A stretch of DNA of 24,598 bases, taken from positions 1 through 24,598 of the forward strand of contig JAHFEN010000001.1 in the NCBI GenBank assembly GCA_023248455.1, read 5' to 3'. The translations under genes and the position numbers were made by a program. The notes under the pieces were generated by a model. The model was not told the DNA's origin, ran no database searches, and worked only from the letters and a program-made list of their open reading frames with translations. This DNA is from Candidatus Micrarchaeota archaeon. Its GTDB lineage: Archaea; Micrarchaeota; Micrarchaeia; Anstonellales; Anstonellaceae. This document shows, one piece after another, positions 16,124 through 24,187 of the stretch (within the stretch, counting starts at the first letter, position 1; each line of letters opens with the position of its first letter).

Positions 16124-16183
16124 GAAAAGTTTTTAAATCCATGTATACATATACGGGGTTAACGATTTGGAAACTTTTTAAAA
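16124..16183 (+). promoter_or_regulatory. Tandem BRE-TATA promoters upstream of tfb
   Basis: GAAAAGTTTTTAAAT (16124-16138) and GGAAACTTTTTAAAA (16169-16183), with palindrome ATGTATACAT (16141-16150) between them. Confidence 0.6.
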
Positions 16184-16231
16184 CCTAACTATTAGATGAA
16201 GCAGATGAAGCGCTATTATAGAGGTGGAATC

Positions 16232-17137
16232 ATGACTGACAAGTGCCCAGAATGCGGAAGCAAGAGGCTCACCCGCGACTACGAGAAAGGGGAGCTGGTA
16301 TGCTCCAACTGCGGTCTTATTATCGCCGAGAACATCGAGGATCCCCGCCCTGAGTGGAGGGCATTCGACGCAGAGCAGCGCGAGAAGCGCGCCCGGGGGG
16401 GCGCGCCCATAAAGTACATGAGGCCGAACAAGGGCCTTGTCACCGAAATCGACCAGTACAACCGAGACATAAGGGGTGCAAAAATATCCCCGAAGAAGCA
16501 GGCGCAGCTCTACCGCATGAGGAAGTGGCACAAGAGGGCGTCTATAGCATCCTCGATGGAAAGGAATCTCGCAATCGCGCTTTCCGAGCTTGACAGGATA
16601 GCATCCTACCTGGGCTTGCCTGACTCCATACGCGAATCCGCGGCGCTTCTATACAGGAAATGCATCAAAGCGGAGCTTATCCGAGGGAGGCTGATCGAGT
16701 CCGTTGTGTCTGCGGTCATCTATGCGACTTGCCGCATGCAGGGCATACCGCGCACGCTTGACGAGATATCCCGCGTCTCCGGCATAGAAAAGAAGGAAAT
16801 CGGCAGGGCTTACCGCTTTGTCAGGCGCGAGCTTGACATTGAAGTCCCGCTCACTGACCCAGCCCACTACGTGCCGAAATTCACTGCGGCCCTGAAGCTT
16901 TCAGGCCATGTGCAGGAGCGTGCGATATCGCTCCTCAAGAAGGCCATCATAAAGGGGCTGATATCTGGCAGGGGGCCCACGGGCGTTGCTGCGGCCGCGG
17001 TTTACATCGCATCGGCAATGTACGGCGAGAGGCGCACTCAGAAGGAGGTCGCGGACGTGGCGGGCGTTACCGAAGTGACGATCCGGAACCGCTACCGGGA
17101 GCTCAAGAAGGAGCTTGGCTTGAAGGTAACGCTGTAA
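16232..17137 (+). CDS. tfb: Transcription initiation factor IIB
   Basis: Zinc ribbon CPECG...VCSNCG, EWRAF B-reader and two cyclin repeats ending VTEVTIRNRY. Start at ATG 16232 after GAGGTGG. Confidence 0.98.
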   Translation: MTDKCPECGSKRLTRDYEKGELVCSNCGLIIAENIEDPRPEWRAFDAEQREKRARGGAPIKYMRPNKGLVTEIDQYNRDIRGAKISPKKQAQLYRMRKWHKRASIASSMERNLAIALSELDRIASYLGLPDSIRESAALLYRKCIKAELIRGRLIESVVSAVIYATCRMQGIPRTLDEISRVSGIEKKEIGRAYRFVRRELDIEVPLTDPAHYVPKFTAALKLSGHVQERAISLLKKAIIKGLISGRGPTGVAAAAVYIASAMYGERRTQKEVADVAGVTEVTIRNRYRELKKELGLKVTL

Positions 17138-17172
17138 ATTTTTTTGTTTACTTTCTTCTTCGTTTTTATTCT
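17138..17172 (+). terminator. Oligo-T archaeal terminator after tfb
   Basis: ATTTTTTTTGTTTACTTTCTTCTTCGTTTTTATTCT directly follows the tfb stop. Confidence 0.55.
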
Positions 17173-17216
17173 TATTAATCAACCGTCGGATACAACCCTG
17201 CGCTAGGAGGTGCTGT

Positions 17217-17354
17217 TTGCATACGATAAACTCCTATTTAATGCCTCGAATAAGCATAGAGTGGTGGGTCGTGTCTTCTGGGCTCTTTCTGTCTTTTTTG
17301 TTCGCTGCCTTCGCCCTTCACTTCACCCCATCGACTAACGGCCGGCGTGCATGA
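17217..17354 (+). CDS. Putative 45-aa small membrane protein (TTG start; alternative ATG 17241)
   Basis: GGAGGTG at 17206-17212, 4 nt before TTG. Product MHTINSYLMPRISIEWWVVSSGLFLSFLFAAFALHFTPSTNGRRA has one hydrophobic segment. It overlaps the convergent gene by 37 nt. Confidence 0.4.
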   Translation: MHTINSYLMPRISIEWWVVSSGLFLSFLFAAFALHFTPSTNGRRA

Positions 17355-17686
17355 TATATTGGCTGTTTGAATATTACGGTCATGCCGTTACTCTTTGAGA
17401 ATCTTATCTTGTTCTCATATTGCCTCAATCTCTTGTCGAGCTCTCTCATATCGCTTAATGCAGCTTGCGGCAGGTCAAAATCACGCATTGACCTAAGGTC
17501 TTTGAGCAAGCTGTCGAAAGTTGAAGACCGTTCTTTCAGCTCATCGTAGTTGTGGTGCCCGTTTAATTTCCTCATCTTTGCACTCATATTGTTTACGTCT
17601 TTAATGGCAGTCCCGATTCTTCTTCTGAACTCGTCTTTTTTAGCAGTTAAACCTGCCTGGTTCACTTTTTGCTCGGTTATCTGCAT
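17318..17686 (-). CDS. Hypothetical helical/coiled-coil protein
   Basis: 122-aa ORF with a G-rich RBS (GGGGGGGGA) downstream of the permease; no recognised motif. Confidence 0.65.
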   Translation of the reverse strand: MQITEQKVNQAGLTAKKDEFRRRIGTAIKDVNNMSAKMRKLNGHHNYDELKERSSTFDSLLKDLRSMRDFDLPQAALSDMRELDKRLRQYENKIRFSKSNGMTVIFKQPIYHARRPLVDGVK

Positions 17687-17717
17687 TCAATCCCCCCCCA
17701 TTTTGACGCTATTTCTG

Positions 17718-19142
17718 CTAAGAAGTGTTTTTATTTGTGTGTATCATTTCAGCAGCGTCCTTCTTGGTGCGGTAATCCCGATACATTATGAAGTAGATTA
17801 TCCCGAACACGAACCAAAGCGCGGCGAAGTTCCTGCCTTCCACGTGCAATGACGCCACAAGTGCGAACACCACAAGGCAGCTTCCTATTCCGATGAATGA
17901 GATGAGCGATATCTGCCTGCCCATTATCCTGACATTGAGGGGCATCCTGTAGGGCCTTGGCAAGCCTGGCTCTTTAATCCTGAGAGCTACTGCCGAAAGG
18001 TTGGTCACGGTGTAGGCAGTGAGCGCGCCGAACGCGTAAAGTTCTCCAAGGAAAACCATGTTGCCCACGAATGCCAGGAGCATGGCGATGATAGAGAAGA
18101 CTACTATGGTGATCCAGGGCGTGTGGAAAGTAGGATGCACCCAGTTTATTCTCCTTGCAAGCAGTCCCGCGTGGCTCATGGAGTATGCGACCCGCGAAAC
18201 GCCTATTATCCCTGTGTTTGCAGAAACGAGGCAGACCAGGAAGCCTGCCAGCGCAACAACCGGGACAAGGAGATCTGCAAACGGCATTGCCTGCACGACT
18301 GGGATGAACGGATTGTTCATATTGTCCTTGAGCACCTGCCAGTCCACTATGCCAAGGGCCATGGCGGAGACTATCAGCGCGAAAAAGACCACCACGACTA
18401 TGGCCATCAGCGTGGCACGGGGTATGATTTTTTCGGGATGCTTGGTTTCTTCCGCGCCCTGCGAAATGCTCTCAATGCCTACGAAAGTGACCATGGCGAG
18501 GGTTATCGAATAGAGAAAGCTCTCCCAGCCTGGGTCAGACTCGACAGGTGTCAGCCCTGCGAAGAATTTAGAAGAATCCCAGCTGTAGTTGAAACCTACG
18601 AACAGCAGGGCAAGAAGTATGCCGACCACTATGACCGTAAGGGCCGAATTCACTGTTGCCGACTCCTTAATTCCCAGAAGGTTGATTATCATCAGCACGA
18701 AAATGAGCATGGCTGCCGCCAAAGGGATTATCGGCACAAGGTGCGGCAGGAAAAACGACAAATAGCCAGCTGATGCGAACGCGAACAGTGAAATATCTAT
18801 TGTGTAGTCTAGTATGAGCCCCCAGCCGGCGATGAAGCCAGCCCCCAGGCCGAATGCGCGCTTTCCGAAAGAGGATGAGCCGCCCGCAAGGGGTATGGCG
18901 GCCCCTAGCTCGGCATATGCAAGCCCAGATGTGATATATACAACAGACGCGGCAAGTATGGCAAGCGGCATCAGCCCGTGGGCAAACGCTGCAATCAGCC
19001 CGAGCGCAAGGAATATGTCCGCCCCCACATCGGCAAATCCCATTGAGAAGCTTGCCAGGAGGCCAAGCTCCTTTTTCAGCACGCTTGGTATCGGGACAAT
19101 GGCAGGCAGGCGGATTTCACGGTCAACTGAGTCTAAACCCAT
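17718..19142 (-). CDS. APC-family amino acid permease
   Basis: About 12 TM segments; GFADVGADIF, GLAYAELGAAIPLAGGS, FVGIESISQGAEE and RPYRMPL. Confidence 0.92.
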   Translation of the reverse strand: MGLDSVDREIRLPAIVPIPSVLKKELGLLASFSMGFADVGADIFLALGLIAAFAHGLMPLAILAASVVYITSGLAYAELGAAIPLAGGSSSFGKRAFGLGAGFIAGWGLILDYTIDISLFAFASAGYLSFFLPHLVPIIPLAAAMLIFVLMIINLLGIKESATVNSALTVIVVGILLALLFVGFNYSWDSSKFFAGLTPVESDPGWESFLYSITLAMVTFVGIESISQGAEETKHPEKIIPRATLMAIVVVVFFALIVSAMALGIVDWQVLKDNMNNPFIPVVQAMPFADLLVPVVALAGFLVCLVSANTGIIGVSRVAYSMSHAGLLARRINWVHPTFHTPWITIVVFSIIAMLLAFVGNMVFLGELYAFGALTAYTVTNLSAVALRIKEPGLPRPYRMPLNVRIMGRQISLISFIGIGSCLVVFALVASLHVEGRNFAALWFVFGIIYFIMYRDYRTKKDAAEMIHTNKNTS

Positions 19143-19176
19143 TTTCTTCCTTCCAATCAGGTGGTCGCCTTTTATG

Positions 19177-20097
19177 CTATTCCTTTCCCTCTAAATACAG
19201 ATATGCCGAATAAATTGCCTCAACAGCTTCGCCCACCCCGACAATCGCCTGCTTGAAGCGCGTGTCGGTCACATCGCCCGCAGCAAAAAAGCCCGGAACG
19301 TTGGTTTCGGAGTCGCGGTTTATTTTTACAAACCCGTTCGCATCAGTCTTCACCCCTGCAACTTTCGCAAGCTCTGAAAGCGGCAGGTGCCCGATTGCCA
19401 CGAAAACGGCATCCAGCGCAAGCTTGCTGCTTCCATTGTAGGGCCTGTCAAGCATTACCGAACTCACCTTCTTCTCGCCGTGTATTTCAGTGGCGCAGGT
19501 CTTGTAGATTATCTCAATTTTCTTGTTTGCCTTGACCCGCTCATAATTAACCGGCTCAGGGCGTATTCTGTCGCCCCTGTAAATGATATAAACCTTGGAA
19601 GCCCACTGTGTGAGCACGAGCGCATCTTTTGCAGCTGTGTCCGAGCCGCCGATCACTGCCACCACCTTGTTCTTGTAAAACGCCCCGTCGCAAAGCGCGC
19701 AGTAGTGCACCCCCTTGTTGGCGAATTCCTTCTCGCCCGGTGCGCCAAGCTTTTTCCACTCAGTCCCGGTTGCGAACAGGATGGTTTTTGCCTCATGCTT
19801 GCCAGCGTCGCTTGCCACGGCAAAAGTGCCATCTTTCATCCGTTCAATGCGGCTCGCCTTTTCGTCTTTTATCTCAACAGCAGGGTAGGCCCGCGCGTGG
19901 TCCTCAAGCTTCTGCGCAAGCTCCAAGCCTGTAAGCGAAATGAAACCAGGGTAGTTCTCCACCAGGTGGGTGAGCGTGATGGTGCCCCCTCGCAGGTCCC
20001 CGGCGAGGACAAGCACCTTCATGCCTAGCCTGCCTGCATACATTGCACCGGCCAATCCCGCACAGCCGGCTCCCACAATCAGCATGTCGTATATCAT
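19177..20097 (-). CDS. trxB: Thioredoxin reductase (FAD/NAD(P)H disulfide oxidoreductase)
   Basis: GAGCAGL, ATG, GVHYCALCDG (CxxC), VIGGSDTA, AAGD and QAIVGVGE. Confidence 0.93.
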   Translation of the reverse strand: MIYDMLIVGAGCAGLAGAMYAGRLGMKVLVLAGDLRGGTITLTHLVENYPGFISLTGLELAQKLEDHARAYPAVEIKDEKASRIERMKDGTFAVASDAGKHEAKTILFATGTEWKKLGAPGEKEFANKGVHYCALCDGAFYKNKVVAVIGGSDTAAKDALVLTQWASKVYIIYRGDRIRPEPVNYERVKANKKIEIIYKTCATEIHGEKKVSSVMLDRPYNGSSKLALDAVFVAIGHLPLSELAKVAGVKTDANGFVKINRDSETNVPGFFAAGDVTDTRFKQAIVGVGEAVEAIYSAYLYLEGKE

Positions 20098-20157
20098 TAA
20101 TATCGTTGATGTAATCGGAAGTAAGCGTTTTTATCTGTATCTTTCCCAACCCAACCT

Positions 20158-20610
20158 ATGAAATGCCCGTTCTGCCAGCACAAGGACACGGATGTAATAG
20201 ACACGCGCGACACCGATGACTTTCGCATCCGCAGGCGCCGCGAGTGCTCCAAATGCAAGAGGAGATTTACGACTTACGAGGAGATCGAGCATGAGGATCT
20301 CTTTGTCATCAAGAAGGACGGCAGGCGCGAGAAGTTCGACAGGCGCAAGCTCATGGGCGGAATTGATAAGGCCTGCGAAAAGCGCCCTGTCTCCCGCGAG
20401 CAGATTGAAACAATGGCAGCCTGGGTGGAAGGAAGGCTCAGGAAAAGCGACACGCGCGAGGTCACCACCAGCGTAATAGGGGAGCTTGTGATGGAGAGGC
20501 TGCGCAAGATTGACGACGTCGCTTATATAAGGTTTGCATCGGTATACCGCTCATTCACTGACATAGATTCGTTCGAAAAGGCGCTTCGCATATTGAAAAC
20601 AAAAAAGTGA
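20158..20610 (+). CDS. nrdR: Transcriptional repressor NrdR
   Basis: MKCPFC...IRRRRECSKCKRRFTTYE zinc ribbon, ATP-cone VIKKDGRREKFD, and VAYIRFASVYRSF. Confidence 0.95.
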   Translation: MKCPFCQHKDTDVIDTRDTDDFRIRRRRECSKCKRRFTTYEEIEHEDLFVIKKDGRREKFDRRKLMGGIDKACEKRPVSREQIETMAAWVEGRLRKSDTREVTTSVIGELVMERLRKIDDVAYIRFASVYRSFTDIDSFEKALRILKTKK

Positions 20611-20619
20611 GTTGGGAGC

Positions 20620-21129
20620 TTGGAAGAAAAAATCCTATTCGTTCTGACCGGCGGTACCATTGATTCAAAATTCGAGCCAACAAAAGATGCTGTGGTGCCA
20701 AATGAAGAATCCACAGTTTCGAAATACATTGCCAAACTAAAACTTTACAATCATTGTATTTTTTCCAAGGTCTGCATGAAGGACAGCAGGGACTTGACTT
20801 TGGGCGACAGGAAAAATATGCTTGCTGCGATTGAGGATTCAGGCTGCAAAAAAGTCATCATAACACACGGAACCTATACTATCGCTGAAACCGCGCAGTA
20901 CCTGCAGCAAAAGCTGAAAAACAACAACCTGTCAGTTGTTCTCAATGGAGCCATGATCCCGCTCGAGGGCTTTTACCCCTCCGATGCGCCATTCAACATT
21001 GGTTATGCGGTCTCATCTATCCAGCACCTTCCAAATGGCGTGTATATCTGCATGAATGGCAAGGTGTTTAAACCAGAAAAAGTTGATAAGAACGAAGTCG
21101 AAGGAAGGTTCGAGGAAAAACGGGAATAA
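20620..21129 (+). CDS. Short single-domain asparaginase-family protein
   Basis: TGGTID, KDSRDL, ITHGTYT and GAMIP; TTG start after GGGAG. Confidence 0.85.
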   Translation: MEEKILFVLTGGTIDSKFEPTKDAVVPNEESTVSKYIAKLKLYNHCIFSKVCMKDSRDLTLGDRKNMLAAIEDSGCKKVIITHGTYTIAETAQYLQQKLKNNNLSVVLNGAMIPLEGFYPSDAPFNIGYAVSSIQHLPNGVYICMNGKVFKPEKVDKNEVEGRFEEKRE

Positions 21130-21144
21130 ACCAGATTATCTTGC

Positions 21145-21828
21145 GTGGTACTCATGGCACAATCAGCAGAAAGTGGCAAAAATCTTAGAATCTGCCTTCT
21201 CATACCTGTTTCAGATTCCATACCTGGCATGTTCTTGCCTGTTTTTTCAGGGATTGAGGCCGAGATTGTCAAAAGGGGCGGCAATTACCTTTTCCTAACC
21301 ACCGACATGGTGCCGCTTGACAAGGCAAGGGAGTTCCTTCTGAGGACTGCTGTTACTGTGGTGCCAGAGCCGAATTACATCCTATGGCTGGATGCAGACA
21401 TGTTTGTCAAGCAAGGCCAGGTATCTGCGCTTTTGGACTACATGGAAAGCAATGGAGATGTGGCTGCGGTTTCAGCCCTGTATTTCAAAAAGGTGAGTTT
21501 TGACCCGGTCTGTTTCCGGCATATCATAGAAAATGGCATAGAGGAGTATAGGTCATTTTACCCTCCTGGTGTCGAACCAACTGAAGTTGATGCGGCCGGG
21601 CTTGGTTGCATGCTCATGAGGACAGATTTTATAAAAAGGCATCTCGGCGGATATATAGAACGCAATTCAAAGCTGTTTTGGTTTGACGAGTATCCTGAGG
21701 ACATAAATTTCTGCTCGCTTGTCCAAAAAGAAGGCGGCAGGATAGTTGTCCTTCCAAATGTTGTGGTTCCGCATCATGGCGGGTATGTGTCCGAATCCCA
21801 CTACAAAAAATTGAAAGTGAATCAATGA
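21145..21828 (+). CDS. GT-A fold (GT2-like) glycosyltransferase
   Basis: WLDADM (DxD), VSALYF, EVDAAGLGCML and EDINFC. Start could be GTG 21145 or ATG 21154. Confidence 0.75.
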   Translation: MVLMAQSAESGKNLRICLLIPVSDSIPGMFLPVFSGIEAEIVKRGGNYLFLTTDMVPLDKAREFLLRTAVTVVPEPNYILWLDADMFVKQGQVSALLDYMESNGDVAAVSALYFKKVSFDPVCFRHIIENGIEEYRSFYPPGVEPTEVDAAGLGCMLMRTDFIKRHLGGYIERNSKLFWFDEYPEDINFCSLVQKEGGRIVVLPNVVVPHHGGYVSESHYKKLKVNQ

Positions 21829-22757
21829 AGCCTTACTACCAAGTAGCAATGTTCTTTGCTCTCACCCAGCTTCTGGGCATCTTCTCAGGCATAGTGCTCA
21901 TACAGGGCTCTGCAACCAGCCAGGATATACGAGACATATCCGTGGTTCCAGCCTTCCTGGTTTCCAACCAGAACAGCCCAATGGATGCGCTTGCGACAGC
22001 TGTGCTTTTCATGTTCTACATTCTGTTCGGCGCTGTAGCCATAGTGCTGGTGGCGCGCTTCTACAAAGGCATGGTGTTCTTCAAGTTGCTTGAAACAGCT
22101 GTGATAGCATCTGCATCCGCAATTGTATTCTTCACAATTGCCATTTCGCTCGGGTTAGGTTTCATCTCCGCATTCTTCCTTGGGGGCGCAGCAGGCTTCC
22201 TTCTCGCGGTCCTGAAATTCTTTTGGGTGGACCTGAAGAATACAGCTGCAATAATCTCAAGCGCCGGGGTGGGCGCCCTGTTTGGGTACTCGCTCGCAAC
22301 CACATTCGGTGTTCCGCTCGGCTTTTTTGCCACAGTGGCATTTATCATACTTCTGTCCATTTATGATTACGTTGCGGTATTCAAAACGCGCCATATGATT
22401 GAAATGGCGCGCGAGCTTTCCACCCGCCAGCTTTCGTTTGCGGTGACTGCCAAAAGCGTGCCAGAGCGCAAGCCTAAGGAATCACGCAAAGTATACGTGG
22501 AGAGGGCAATGAGCGAAGGCGAGCGGCTGGACCTTGGCACAGGCGATCTTTCTGTTCCTGCCATGATTTCTGTTGCAGCATTCACACTTGGGCCAAACGG
22601 TTTGCTCTACTCTCTCACAATTGCCGCTGGCTCCACGATCGCGCTTTTCCTGCTGCTTCGCTTTGTTTCCAAGCAAAGGGTTTTCCTGCCAGCGCTTCCG
22701 CCCATCTGCCTTGGGGGCATGGCAGCCCTTCTGCTGGTCAAGCTGGCGGGCCTATAA
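21825..22757 (+). CDS. Presenilin-family (GxGD, A22) intramembrane aspartyl protease
   Basis: About 9 TM segments with catalytic YD (SIYDYVAV), LGTGD and PALP motifs; ATGA overlap with the GT gene. Confidence 0.93.
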   Translation: MKPYYQVAMFFALTQLLGIFSGIVLIQGSATSQDIRDISVVPAFLVSNQNSPMDALATAVLFMFYILFGAVAIVLVARFYKGMVFFKLLETAVIASASAIVFFTIAISLGLGFISAFFLGGAAGFLLAVLKFFWVDLKNTAAIISSAGVGALFGYSLATTFGVPLGFFATVAFIILLSIYDYVAVFKTRHMIEMARELSTRQLSFAVTAKSVPERKPKESRKVYVERAMSEGERLDLGTGDLSVPAMISVAAFTLGPNGLLYSLTIAAGSTIALFLLLRFVSKQRVFLPALPPICLGGMAALLLVKLAGL

Positions 22758-22772
22758 TTTGGAGGTGGTGAA

Positions 22773-23486
22773 ATGGGTGGAAAAAATGACATATATTACG
22801 CGGAAATGATAGGGACTTTCCTATTGACATTCATCGGCTCCATGGCAGTGGTGTCATTTGCAGGCACCTCTCTTGCCTTTGGGGCGGGAAGCCTTCTTGC
22901 AATTGCGCTTGCGCACGGGCTTGCTTTGTGCATAACCGTCTACGCGCTTGGGCACATTTCAGGCGCGCATGTGAATCCTGCAGTCACGGTCGGCTTCCTG
23001 GTTCTTGGAAAAATGAAGCCGGATGAGGCAGGAAAATACGTGCTCAGCCAGCTTGCTGGCGCTGCGCTTGCAGGCCTGCTGGTCGGATATCTCGCGACAA
23101 GCCAAGCGCTGCATGCGAATTTCGGAGCTCCACTTCCAGGCGAGGGAATTAGCCCAACGATGGCGGTTGCCATTGAGGCAGTGCTCACAGCAATACTGGT
23201 CTTTGTGGTTCTGTCGACAGCCGCTGACAGGCGCGCCACGCCTGGCTGGCACGGTTTTGCAATCGGAATGACGCTTGCAATGGCAATTCTCGCAGGCGGA
23301 ATTTTCAGCGGAGCCTCGTTAAACCCTGCGCGCTCATTCGGGCCTGCGATCGCGACTTTTGCATTCAGCTTCGCAGGCGAGCCAACACCGGCAATTTCCA
23401 TGCTCTGGATATACATAGCCGGCCCCATTATCGGCGGAATACTGGGCGCATACGTGCACAGGTTCAGCGTGTCTTTAGGTAAATAG
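22773..23486 (+). CDS. MIP-family channel (aquaporin/aquaglyceroporin)
   Basis: AEMIGTFLL, SGAHVNPAVT and SLNPARSFGP; six TM segments; GGAGGTGG RBS. Confidence 0.95.
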   Translation: MGGKNDIYYAEMIGTFLLTFIGSMAVVSFAGTSLAFGAGSLLAIALAHGLALCITVYALGHISGAHVNPAVTVGFLVLGKMKPDEAGKYVLSQLAGAALAGLLVGYLATSQALHANFGAPLPGEGISPTMAVAIEAVLTAILVFVVLSTAADRRATPGWHGFAIGMTLAMAILAGGIFSGASLNPARSFGPAIATFAFSFAGEPTPAISMLWIYIAGPIIGGILGAYVHRFSVSLGK

Positions 23487-23494
23487 CTGCGAAA

Positions 23495-24034
23495 TTATGC
23501 AACATCCGAGCCTTTGCCTTCCGCCGCATTCAGTCTTTTCACTGGCTCACCATGCCAACGCGCAGTGGCTTCTTGTATTTGCTGCCCAAGTGCGTCTTCA
23601 TGCACGCGTATTGCCATTGCCAATATTTCGTCCAGCAAGTTCCTGGCTTGAAGTGCATCATCTATCAACCCATGAGGCAAATGGTTCCATCCCAAGAACG
23701 CGGCTTCAAGATGCTCAGTGGCAGCCTTGGATTCCTCATTGAAATACAATGCAGAAGCGAGCTTGGCTGAGCAAAGCGCCTTGAAATACGGGGAATGGAT
23801 TTGCTCAAGAAGGAGCCTGGCATATTTCAAGTGCCCTATTAATCCATACTCAGGTGACTTAATCCAGACTGGCCTGTCCAAAGCCTGCAGGAAAAGCCCC
23901 ACTGTAAGCCCATGAGGCAGTTCCGCCAACACAGACTGCCTGCAAAATCCTGTGTTCAATCCGTGCGTGTCATTTTTTCTTTCCGTCTTCTCAATTTTTT
24001 CTGTTTTATTTGCTAGGTAAATCACCCAGCACAA
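23495..24034 (-). CDS. Hypothetical helical protein
   Basis: 179-aa ORF convergent with the aquaporin. The start is uncertain (TTG 24034 or GTG 24025) and no motif was recognised. Confidence 0.6.
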   Translation of the reverse strand: MCWVIYLANKTEKIEKTERKNDTHGLNTGFCRQSVLAELPHGLTVGLFLQALDRPVWIKSPEYGLIGHLKYARLLLEQIHSPYFKALCSAKLASALYFNEESKAATEHLEAAFLGWNHLPHGLIDDALQARNLLDEILAMAIRVHEDALGQQIQEATARWHGEPVKRLNAAEGKGSDVA

Positions 24035-24187
24035 GATTCGATATTCTTATATTAATATTTTTCTGTTCAAATTATTCCAATTGTAATTGAGGGCAATAGG
24101 CCGCAGACAGATGCAGAATCATTTTTTCTTTTCTTTTCCCTCGGTGCGGTATCGGATTTTTAATAACATAGTAAATAAAGGTTTAAT

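Noticed and set aside
20098-20157. NrdR box between trxB and nrdR
   Set aside because: No match to the bacterial acaCwAtATaTwGtg consensus was seen.
384-23486. Genome-wide reassignment of TAG, prompted by the amber codon in the GT gene
   Set aside because: TAG ends five intact genes at their expected C-termini. Readthrough at 14841 and 23486 would run 50 to more than 100 codons antisense into neighbouring genes.
232-23915. The many short ORFs in the track that overlap long genes antisense or out of frame (e.g. 949..1374, 8962..9870, 11474..12298, 18123..18773, 19387..20028)
   Set aside because: They are shadows of well-supported genes, with no RBS, motif or family signal.
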